A stretch of 34,557 nt of DNA from a virus: positions 1 through 34,557 of IMG/VR virus record IMGVR_UViG_3300035162_000704. One strand, given 5' to 3'. The notes under the pieces are model-generated. The model was not told the DNA's origin. It saw only the letters and a program-made list of their open reading frames with translations, and made no database searches. Of this stretch, positions 1 to 6,700 are shown in pieces (position 1 is the first letter of the stretch; each line of letters begins with the position of its first letter). Both the position numbers and the translations under genes were made by a program.

Positions 1-127
1 TGAGTCTGACATTAAGACTGGACTCAAGTCTTTGATTGATAAAGGTTTTTTTATTGACGATAGCAACGTGCTAGCAGACCGCTATCAAGATGCTATACCA
101 GAGACAGAGACAGAGACAGAGACAGAG
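1..127. repeat. Left copy of the 127-bp terminal overlap (identical to 34431-34557)
   Basis: Direct base-by-base comparison of the window ends. The length of 127 matches a commonly used maximum assembler k-mer. Confidence 0.95.
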
Positions 128-520
128 ACAGAGGTAAAGAAGAAAAGAACAGCAACGCGTGGTACGCGGTTGCCAGCAGACTGGAAGCCTAATCCTGAAT
201 TGGTTGCATGGTCAAAAGCCGAACGACCAGACCTTGATTTACGCAAGGTGTTTGAGGAATTCAAGGATTACTGGTCATCAGTCAGTGGCAGCGGCGGTGT
301 CAAACTCAACTGGGATGCAACATGGCGCAACTGGGTTCGCAAGCAAACTGCTGCAAAAACATCGTTTGCCCAACAAGCCTCCGACGTTGTTCGCAGCACT
401 GTGCCGTTTAGCCAAGACGCGGCGCTTAGGAAAGTTGAAGAAGACCACAAGACAGGCTCACCTCCACCAGCGCATATTAGGGAAATGATGAAAGACATAT
501 TAGGAGTCAAAAATGCGTAA
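2..520 (+). CDS. Replication initiation protein, C-terminal part (DnaT/phage-O-like C-terminal domain)
   Basis: In frame with 34216..34557. The motif RLPADWKPNPELVAWSKAERPDLDLRKVFEEFKDYW...NWDATWRNWVRKQ resembles DnaT-type C-terminal domains of phage replication proteins. Confidence 0.75.
   Translation, partial: ESDIKTGLKSLIDKGFFIDDSNVLADRYQDAIPETETETETETEVKKKRTATRGTRLPADWKPNPELVAWSKAERPDLDLRKVFEEFKDYWSSVSGSGGVKLNWDATWRNWVRKQTAAKTSFAQQASDVVRSTVPFSQDAALRKVEEDHKTGSPPPAHIREMMKDILGVKNA
101..133 (+). repeat. (GAGACA)x5.5 hexanucleotide microsatellite encoding (ET)n
   Basis: gagacagagacagagacagagacagagacagag read directly. It lies between the N- and C-terminal domains of the replication protein and is followed by an A-rich stretch. 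Confidence 0.95.
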
Positions 521-983
521 GCGGTCTAGATATACACCTAAGCCTGTGCGTTTGGACACTATGGCATATGTTTCTGAAAGCATTGAACCCATTGCCAGCA
601 GGACATCTTTTTACACAACACTGAACCTGAAGAACATGAGTGCGCTAGACAGCTTAGGCAAAGGTACTGCAACAAAGCTGGAGGCTGATGTTGTCATTGA
701 GGCTTTAAACGTCTGCGAGGCGTATTGCATGATGAATGTAGGGCGTGAGTACCGGCAAGATGTTTTAAACGCTCTGAGTGCCCTTCAGGACGTTTGTGTG
801 AGGTCTTTGACGTTAGAAGGTAAGTTCATTTGCCAAAACGACGAGTTTGAGTTGATTCAAGCTGGTTTTGATGTTCACGCTGCCCAACTAGAGGTGGCAA
901 CCATTGGGTCGCTGGAAACTGCAATCAAACTGGTCTTTAGCACACTAAAAGCAAAACGGGCAAAGGTAATTCAAGATGCGTAA
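513..983 (+). CDS. Conserved phage hypothetical protein (156 aa)
   Basis: ORF with ATGCGTAA-type overlap to the upstream stop. The N-terminus RKRSRYTPKP and the helical remainder resemble an uncharacterised family seen in lambdoid replication/nin regions. Confidence 0.7.
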   Translation: MRKRSRYTPKPVRLDTMAYVSESIEPIASRTSFYTTLNLKNMSALDSLGKGTATKLEADVVIEALNVCEAYCMMNVGREYRQDVLNALSALQDVCVRSLTLEGKFICQNDEFELIQAGFDVHAAQLEVATIGSLETAIKLVFSTLKAKRAKVIQDA

Positions 984-1296
984 AGCAATGTCAGTCAATG
1001 AGCAACTTTTGTGCAAAACGTGGTCACTGTTTACTTTTTCAGAGCGCGAAATGACCTCGCACGACCTTGCTTACGAGCTTGAAATCAGCATACGCACTGC
1101 GTATAAGTGGGTAAGAACCATCCATGAGTTTAGGCTTATATACATTTGCGGCTGGAAAGCTGACACCATTGGTCGATTCAATACCCCGATTTATGCCGCT
1201 GGAAACTTGATGGACAAGCCCAAGCCAAGGCGCACATTGCGCGACCGTAGACGGGCTTACAAGATCAAGACTGAAATTGCGAGGGTAGACAAATGA
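976..1296 (+). CDS. Small DNA-binding protein with a helix-turn-helix
   Basis: The segment HDLAYELEISIRTAYKWVRTI looks like an HTH. The ORF overlaps both neighbours. Confidence 0.6.
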   Translation: MRKAMSVNEQLLCKTWSLFTFSEREMTSHDLAYELEISIRTAYKWVRTIHEFRLIYICGWKADTIGRFNTPIYAAGNLMDKPKPRRTLRDRRRAYKIKTEIARVDK

Positions 1297-1490
1297 TTCA
1301 ACTAACACTCTGGAGAACTAATCTAATGACACACAAAAGCGGCATTTACAAGTTTGGCAACTTGGTTTTGAAGTACTTAAATCAACCGTCCAGCATTGAT
1401 TTTTACTTTGTGACTGCGTTCGCCTGCATGGTTGGCGTGGTCAGTTTTGTTGCTGGCGTGCTGTACGGCTTTGCATTTACTGGGTGGTAA
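1293..1490 (+). CDS. Small membrane protein (65 aa, C-terminal TM helix)
   Basis: ATGA overlap with the upstream stop. Hydrophobic segment FYFVTAFACMVGVVSFVAGVLYGFAF. Confidence 0.55.
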   Translation: MIQLTLWRTNLMTHKSGIYKFGNLVLKYLNQPSSIDFYFVTAFACMVGVVSFVAGVLYGFAFTGW

Positions 1491-1492
1491 GC

Positions 1493-1615
1493 ATGAGTAT
1501 CGACATTGCACGCAAGATTCTTAATCAAGTAAAGGATGGTTCACTTGAGTACAGCACTTACATTATTCGGCAAGCCCTTAAAGCAACGGGCGACTTGGCC
1601 GAAATTTACGAGTGA
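1493..1615 (+). CDS. Possible 40-aa ORF (MSIDIARKILNQVKDGSLEYSTYIIRQALKATGDLAEIYE)
   Basis: ATG lies 3 nt after the upstream stop. The ORF is below the track cutoff and fills the gap before the next gene. Confidence 0.35.
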   Translation: MSIDIARKILNQVKDGSLEYSTYIIRQALKATGDLAEIYE

Positions 1616-1850
1616 GCAACGCGCTAACTACGAGCGCATTGCTGTGGAGCAACGCCATATAAACGACATGGCCGATGCAAGGCAGCTTGTGCAGATGTAT
1701 CACTCAAAACACAAAGACATACAAAAGGAGTGGATGCAAGGCGTGTTCCTTCAGATTGTAAAAACAAAAGGTGCTGCTGAGATGGAAAGAGTACGCAGTT
1801 GCATGACAAAAGTGAGATTGACAGAATATGAAAATAACATTACGCAATAG
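1536..1850 (+). CDS. Hypothetical protein, start uncertain (alternative starts GTG 1644 or ATG 1668)
   Basis: Open frame of 104 aa. Its 5' part overlaps ORF 1493..1615 in another frame. Confidence 0.5.
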   Translation: MVHLSTALTLFGKPLKQRATWPKFTSEQRANYERIAVEQRHINDMADARQLVQMYHSKHKDIQKEWMQGVFLQIVKTKGAAEMERVRSCMTKVRLTEYENNITQ

Positions 1851-2235
1851 CAACCAAGGTGTGTCGCAGATGCGACAACTGTGGGACAAGATGAAGGAAG
1901 CGCTAGACAGCGGTGTTGCCTTGGTTGTTCAGGTTGACAAAGAAACGCGGTCGCAAGAGCAAAACGCAATGTATCATTCAATCATTGACCAAATTGCAAA
2001 ACAAGCCAAACATTTAGGATCGTCTTGGGACTCTGAATCTTGGAAGCGGCTGCTGGTTGATACCTACACCAGAGAGATTGGGCAGGAAAGCGGAAAGGTC
2101 ATTCCGAATTTGACGGGCGATGGCATTGTCCAATTGGGATTGCAAACACGAAAATTTACCAAAGCACAAGCATCGGAATTTACCGAATGGCTTATAGCTT
2201 GGGCAGCGCAAAACGGGGTAACGCTACATGACTAA
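1828..2235 (+). CDS. ninB: NinB/Orf-family recombination mediator
   Basis: TRSQEQNAMYHSIIDQIAK...WDSESWKRLL...VIPNLTGDGIVQLG...ASEFTEWL lines up with the lambda NinB pattern (RSLDQN...LDAESWK...VVPNLAGNGFVV...). Confidence 0.85.
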   Translation: MKITLRNSNQGVSQMRQLWDKMKEALDSGVALVVQVDKETRSQEQNAMYHSIIDQIAKQAKHLGSSWDSESWKRLLVDTYTREIGQESGKVIPNLTGDGIVQLGLQTRKFTKAQASEFTEWLIAWAAQNGVTLHD

Positions 2236-2779
2236 AAGGTGCAAAGGATGCCGCGAGGTCTTTACAGCAGACCGGCCAATGCAGGTAGTGTGCAGCTACC
2301 TGTGCGCAATGGACATATCAAAAAAGATGGCGGCTAAGGCTGTGAGGGCTGACAAAAAAGAAACCAAGGTAAAGCTGGACGCTTTACAAACTAAGCCTCA
2401 ATTGACTAAGAAAGCTCAGACTGCTTTTAACGCATTCATCAGGGCTAGGGATGTAGGCAAGCCTTGCATAAGCTGTGATAAGCCGTTTGACCCAGCGCCC
2501 AACACCACTGACGCTGGTCATTTTCGGAGCGTAGGCAGTGCGCCACATATGCGTTTTGTGGAATGGAACTGCTATGGGCAATGCAAACATTGCAATATTT
2601 TTTTGGCAGGTAATTCGCTTGAGTACCGCAAACGCCTTTTAAGCAGGCTGGGTGAAAAAGAACTTGAATTGCTTGAGAATGACAACGTTTTGCGTAAGTA
2701 CACGCATGAAGGTTTAATTGAAATAGCAAGGCACTACAACGCAGAGACTAGACGGTTAACAAAAGAACGGTTAGACTGA
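2228..2779 (+). CDS. ninG: NinG/Rap-family recombination endonuclease
   Basis: N-terminal CxxC, then AQTAFNAFIRARDVGKPCISC...DAGHFRSVGSAPHMRF...CKHCN...GN...YR, as in lambda NinG. Confidence 0.85.
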   Translation: MTKRCKGCREVFTADRPMQVVCSYLCAMDISKKMAAKAVRADKKETKVKLDALQTKPQLTKKAQTAFNAFIRARDVGKPCISCDKPFDPAPNTTDAGHFRSVGSAPHMRFVEWNCYGQCKHCNIFLAGNSLEYRKRLLSRLGEKELELLENDNVLRKYTHEGLIEIARHYNAETRRLTKERLD

Positions 2780-2809
2780 AGTCCTCTCCTGCGTTTTGAT
2801 CGACGCTTT

Positions 2810-2837
2810 GGGCTACTATCGCGGTAGCCCTTTTTTT
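2810..2837 (+). terminator. Rho-independent terminator ending the replication/nin arm
   Basis: GGGCTAC-tatcgcg-GTAGCCC followed by T7. Confidence 0.8.
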
Positions 2838-2845
2838 GGTAAAAT
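2836..2845 (+). promoter_or_regulatory. Candidate extended -10 promoter TTGgTAAAAT
   Basis: TGn+TAAAAT lies immediately after the terminator and 23 nt before the SD-bearing ATG at 2869. The same decamer recurs at 12855. Confidence 0.45.
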
Positions 2846-2868
2846 ACCTGTAACTACATGGAGTTATT

Positions 2869-2991
2869 ATGGGAACGACAAACCAAATGATGCCAAAAAT
2901 GGCAAAGCCAGCTAAACCTGCGCCTAAGGGTAAGCCAATTCCTCGTGAGCTTCCTACGCGCAATCAGCGTGCAAGGACAAACAAGAAATGA
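2869..2991 (+). CDS. Tiny lysine/proline-rich basic protein (40 aa)
   Basis: GGAG SD upstream. Sequence MGTTNQMMPKMAKPAKPAPKGKPIPRELPTRNQRARTNKK. ATGA overlap with the next ORF. The antisense track ORF 2748..2963 is judged spurious. Confidence 0.55.
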   Translation: MGTTNQMMPKMAKPAKPAPKGKPIPRELPTRNQRARTNKK

Positions 2992-3152
2992 AAGCCGGAC
3001 TTTACTCCAACATCAACGCCAAGCAAAAACGCATTGCTGAAGGCTCTGGTGAGAAAATGAACAGGGTAGGCTCAAAGAACGCACCTTCAGCCCAAGCCTT
3101 TGCCAAAGCAGCTAAGACGGCTAAACCTTTTGTCAAAGCAAAGAAGAAATAA
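2988..3152 (+). CDS. Tiny basic protein (54 aa) with a GLYSNINAKQKRIAEGSGEKM motif
   Basis: Coupled at both ends (ATGA and TAATG). The motif resembles a small conserved peptide I recall from marine and T7-like phages, but I cannot name the family with certainty. Confidence 0.6.
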   Translation: MKAGLYSNINAKQKRIAEGSGEKMNRVGSKNAPSAQAFAKAAKTAKPFVKAKKK

Positions 3153-3298
3153 TGGCTAAAGGTCAAACACACTACCTGCCCAACGGCAAAGTCCATACTG
3201 GAAAAACACACAAAGAAGGCCGTGTTTTAATGTCTGGTGAAAAACATACACAAGCCAGTAAGGTGCTAACACACGCACCGCCCAAAAAGAAGAAGTAG
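3152..3298 (+). CDS. Tiny His/Lys-rich protein (48 aa), HYLPNGKVHTGKTHKEGRVLMSGEKH
   Basis: TAATG coupling to the upstream ORF. It ends 2 nt before ATG 3301. Confidence 0.55.
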   Translation: MAKGQTHYLPNGKVHTGKTHKEGRVLMSGEKHTQASKVLTHAPPKKKK

Positions 3299-3300
3299 TT

Positions 3301-4926
3301 ATGCCATCAATCTTTGACGATCCAGAAGCCTATGCGTTTTCAGACGACAAAGAGGAAGACTTACGTCGCAAACTAACCAACCAGCAGGCTTTTAACGCCA
3401 TGTTGCAGGGTGTGGGCGACTTGCCATACAGTCTGCTTGGCGCACCTGTAGAGATTGGTACTGGGTTGCTTAGATCAATGGGCATGGCTCAAGGTGAGCA
3501 AGTTGGCGGAATTGATTACATCAAGAGAAAAGCTACTGAGCTAGGCATTAGACCACCAGACTCAACCGACCCAACAATGCGCGATATGCGTATGGGTGCT
3601 GAGATTGTTTCAGGCGCTATTGACCCAACAAGGGTCGCAAGGGTTGGTGGCGTAGCGGCAACGGCTGCGGCAAGAAAAGCTGCGCCTATGGTCGGCAATG
3701 CTATAGAAAACTACATGGTCAAGGCTGGGTTAGCCCCAAGAATAGTCCCAGAAGGTGGATTACTAAAAAGAGATATTCCGGTTAAGCCGTCTACTGACGA
3801 CGTTTATGAAGTTATGGAGTCCAGCTTTGATTTTGGGAAAGTTGGTGCTAACAAAAATATGTCACTAGAGGATTTAATTGGTGGCGTAAGGATGAACGAC
3901 CCGAAAGAAGCTCAAAGAGTTAATGAGCTTGCTCAAAAAATGTCTAGCCCAGACGGGTATGTTTCCAGAATATTAGTAGATGATTTGGGTAACGTTCTTG
4001 AAGGGCAACACCGGCTTGAGGCTTTAAGACTACTTGGAGAGAAAAACGCTCCTGTTACCATTATTCAAGATTTAAGCAATAAATATAATATTTCAGAAAT
4101 GAAACAAGCCATAAGTGGCCAAATGCGTTCAGATCAATCCAACCAACTTATCAGAGAGGCAATTGATGCCCTTGAAGATTCTGGAAGTGTGGAAAAAGCG
4201 TTGGCAGAGTATTCAATGCCAAGTTACTTACAAAAACCTTTTGAAGACGCAATTAAGGCTTCAAAAATAACCCCGGTAAGCGGCAAGTCAGCCGCGCCGC
4301 AAACGGAGGCTTTGAAGGTTGCCCAGAGCAATGCCGCTTTACCTGTTGAGCAAGGAGGTCTTGGACTACCTGCCAATAACACGCCTATGGACAGAGCTAA
4401 GGCAATGGGGTTTGATGTTGACACAATAAGATACCACGGATCAGATGTTGAAATACACGGCTTTGATCCCAAAAAGTTTGGTAAAAACGACCAAGGTTGG
4501 TATGGCAGAGGAGTAACTACAGACACAGACCCAGAAATAGCAGCAGGATATGCGGATTACAACCAGCCGGAATCTGGCCAAGTAATTTACCCTTTGTTAA
4601 CAAAAGGTAAATACATGAACTGGCCTGATGGCCAGCCGCCATTTTCTTCTGCAAAAGATGCAATTGCTGGGACAAAAGATATGCAAAACTTGGGTTATTC
4701 TGGTACAAGAATAACAAATGACAGGGATTTATATGGCTCTACTCCTGATTTTGGTACGGAGCAGGTAACATTTCAGCCGCAAAACGTTCGTTCAGTAAAC
4801 GCTGCATTTGACCCACTAAGAAAGAATGACGCAGACTTACTTGCTGGAATAGGGGCTGGCGGTCTATTAGCAGTAGATGATGAAACAAAGCAGAAAGTGC
4901 AAAGTCTGTTAGGATACTCACAATAA
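3301..4926 (+). CDS. Polyvalent-type protein: ParB-like nuclease/N-terminal-domain module plus ART-PolyVal-like ADP-ribosyltransferase-like module
   Basis: aa 187-256: MSLEDLIGG...YVSRILVDDLGNVLEGQHRLEALRLLGEKNAPVTII (ParB N-domain pattern). aa 361-505: MGFDVDTIRYHGSDVEIHGFDPKKFG...GWYGRGVTTDTDPEIAAGYA...GYSGTRI...TEQVTFQPQNVRSVNAAFDP (ART-in-polyvalent-protein pattern). Confidence 0.6.
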   Translation: MPSIFDDPEAYAFSDDKEEDLRRKLTNQQAFNAMLQGVGDLPYSLLGAPVEIGTGLLRSMGMAQGEQVGGIDYIKRKATELGIRPPDSTDPTMRDMRMGAEIVSGAIDPTRVARVGGVAATAAARKAAPMVGNAIENYMVKAGLAPRIVPEGGLLKRDIPVKPSTDDVYEVMESSFDFGKVGANKNMSLEDLIGGVRMNDPKEAQRVNELAQKMSSPDGYVSRILVDDLGNVLEGQHRLEALRLLGEKNAPVTIIQDLSNKYNISEMKQAISGQMRSDQSNQLIREAIDALEDSGSVEKALAEYSMPSYLQKPFEDAIKASKITPVSGKSAAPQTEALKVAQSNAALPVEQGGLGLPANNTPMDRAKAMGFDVDTIRYHGSDVEIHGFDPKKFGKNDQGWYGRGVTTDTDPEIAAGYADYNQPESGQVIYPLLTKGKYMNWPDGQPPFSSAKDAIAGTKDMQNLGYSGTRITNDRDLYGSTPDFGTEQVTFQPQNVRSVNAAFDPLRKNDADLLAGIGAGGLLAVDDETKQKVQSLLGYSQ

Positions 4927-4961
4927 CTTACTAACCTCACCAACCCACAAGGGAGTGAACC

Positions 4962-5276
4962 ATGAATAAAATAGAAAGCGGAAATTCCGCAAACCTTACC
5001 AACAGAGGCAGGGGAAGACCCAAGGGGGCTGTTAACAAGGCTACCAAGGCGTTTAGAGACACAGTTAATGACCTACTAGAGGGTAACGCTGAAAACGTCT
5101 CTGTGTGGCTGCAAACAGTAGCTTACGGTGACGGCGATCAGTTAAGGCCAGACCCAAAGGGTGCGCTAGATATTCTGTCCAAGCTGGCAGAGTTTGCTAC
5201 ACCTAAACTGGCCAGAACAGAACACAGTGGCACTAACAACGAGCCTATTGAGATGAAGATCACATGGATGAAGTGA
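4962..5276 (+). CDS. terS: Terminase small subunit
   Basis: GGGAG SD. Sequence GRGRPKGAVNKATKAFRD...ILSKLAEFATPKLARTEH is typical of small terminases. It overlaps terL. Confidence 0.65.
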   Translation: MNKIESGNSANLTNRGRGRPKGAVNKATKAFRDTVNDLLEGNAENVSVWLQTVAYGDGDQLRPDPKGALDILSKLAEFATPKLARTEHSGTNNEPIEMKITWMK

Positions 5277-6526
5277 TTGAGATCAAATACGCACCAAGGG
5301 TACACCAGCAACAGATTCACGACTTACTGGATGCCAAGCGCTTTGCTGTAGTAGTAGCTCACAGACGATTCGGTAAGACTGTAAGCGCTATCAACCACTT
5401 GATCCGGGACGCAGTTCTAAACACCAGTGAAGCGCCACGCTACGCTTATATTGCTCCAACGTACAGCCAAGCCAAGCGGATTGCTTGGGATTACCTCATT
5501 AAGTACGTCCAGCCATTAGGCGCTGTTGTGAACATTGCTGAGTTGAGGGTGGACTTTTGGGGCAGGCGTATCCAGCTATACGGCTCAGACAACCCAGAAT
5601 CATTGCGTGGCCAATACTTTGATGGCGTGATTTTGGATGAGATTGGCGACCAGAACCCAGTTATCTGGACGGACATCATTCGACCAGCCTTGGCCGACCG
5701 CAAGGGATGGACGCTGTTTATTGGAACACCCAAGGGACACAACCACTTTCGCGAGTTGAGAGACAGAGCCTTAAAGGATGAGGACTGGGGCTTGCTAGAG
5801 TTCAAGGCCTCTGAGACTAATGTTGTTGACGCAAAAGAATTGCACGCCGCCCGTATAGAGATGGGGGAAAACAAGTTTCGCCAAGAATTCGAGTGTTCTT
5901 TTGACGCCGCAGTTGAAGGTAGTTATTATGGCCAAATCCTTAATAAAATTGAAGCTGATAACCACATCCAAGGCATACCCAGAGACGATATATGTCGCAC
6001 TGTCACTGCTTGGGACTTGGGGATGGGTGATTCGACTTCAATCTGGGTGGCTCAGATCGCTGGTTCGGAGATTCGACTGATTGACTACTACGAAAACAAC
6101 GGTGTAGGCCTAGACGTTTATATTAAGTGGCTGCGGGATAACGATTTTAACAAGGCTCAACACATATTGCCGCATGATGTAAGAGTTCGGGAGCTAGGAA
6201 CAGGCAAGAGCCGCTTGGAGGTACTTGAAGATGCTGGACTTGAAATTAGGGTTGCGCCTCGTATGTCAGTCGATGACGGAATCCAAGCCGTTCGTCGCTT
6301 GCTGCCACGGTGCTGGTTTAATGTGCCAAACGTGCAGATTGGGCTTAACTGCCTGCGAAACTACCGGCGCACGTATGATGAAAAGCGCAAGATATTTTTT
6401 GAGCGCCCATTGCATGACTGGTCATCTCATGGCTCTGATGCCTTTCGGTATCTTGCTATTGGCCTAGACGAAACCGCCTCAACTTGGGGCGAATCTATTA
6501 ACAAACCAGCAAGGTGGGTGGTCTAA
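5264..6526 (+). CDS. terL: Terminase large subunit
   Basis: Walker A-like AHRRFGKTVSAI and Walker B-like GVILDEIGD, with a C-terminal nuclease-like half. 420 aa. Confidence 0.9.
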   Translation: MDEVIEIKYAPRVHQQQIHDLLDAKRFAVVVAHRRFGKTVSAINHLIRDAVLNTSEAPRYAYIAPTYSQAKRIAWDYLIKYVQPLGAVVNIAELRVDFWGRRIQLYGSDNPESLRGQYFDGVILDEIGDQNPVIWTDIIRPALADRKGWTLFIGTPKGHNHFRELRDRALKDEDWGLLEFKASETNVVDAKELHAARIEMGENKFRQEFECSFDAAVEGSYYGQILNKIEADNHIQGIPRDDICRTVTAWDLGMGDSTSIWVAQIAGSEIRLIDYYENNGVGLDVYIKWLRDNDFNKAQHILPHDVRVRELGTGKSRLEVLEDAGLEIRVAPRMSVDDGIQAVRRLLPRCWFNVPNVQIGLNCLRNYRRTYDEKRKIFFERPLHDWSSHGSDAFRYLAIGLDETASTWGESINKPARWVV

Positions 6527-6700
6527 ATGTATTTACAGCCGCAGGGAATCAACCCAAAGATAGCGATGGACGCTTTGACTGCTAGGGTTGCAGCTTTGGA
6601 AAATATCATATATACACTACAATTGGACGTAAAACCCAAGCGTGGGCGACCACCAAAGGATAACAATGAAGCAGAGCAACGACCTAAAAGCGATAGTTGA
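6527..6700 (+). CDS. Possible 57-aa ORF between terL and the portal gene
   Basis: ATG immediately follows the terL stop. Sequence MYLQPQGINPKIAMDALTARVAALENIIYTLQLDVKPKRGRPPKDNNEAEQRPKSDS. It overlaps the portal start. Confidence 0.3.
   Translation: MYLQPQGINPKIAMDALTARVAALENIIYTLQLDVKPKRGRPPKDNNEAEQRPKSDS

Noticed and set aside
1-127. The 127-bp terminal direct repeat as a genuine phage DTR
   Set aside because: The exact length of 127 matches a common maximum assembler k-mer, and the boundary falls arbitrarily inside a gene and a microsatellite. I treat it as circular-assembly overlap. The physical termini cannot be inferred from this sequence.
101-133. CRISPR-like or other array interpretation of the GAGACA tract and of the 12-nt fibre repeats (20683-20802)
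   Set aside because: The units are contiguous with no spacers, far shorter than CRISPR repeats, and lie in frame within coding sequence.
2780-2868. Search for tRNA or other structured RNA genes in the larger intergenic gaps (2780-2868, 12792-12870, 16015-16075, 31768-31853, 33607-33716, 33894-34016)
   Set aside because: None shows cloverleaf-compatible arms or conserved T-loop/D-loop motifs. The gaps are accounted for by terminators, promoter-like motifs and operators.
6225-6467. Alternative-frame ORFs inside terL (6225..6467), the replication gene (159..488) and the portal gene (7516..7707)
   Set aside because: They are embedded in the same strand of well-supported genes, give Cys/Arg-rich improbable products, and have no ribosome-binding sites.
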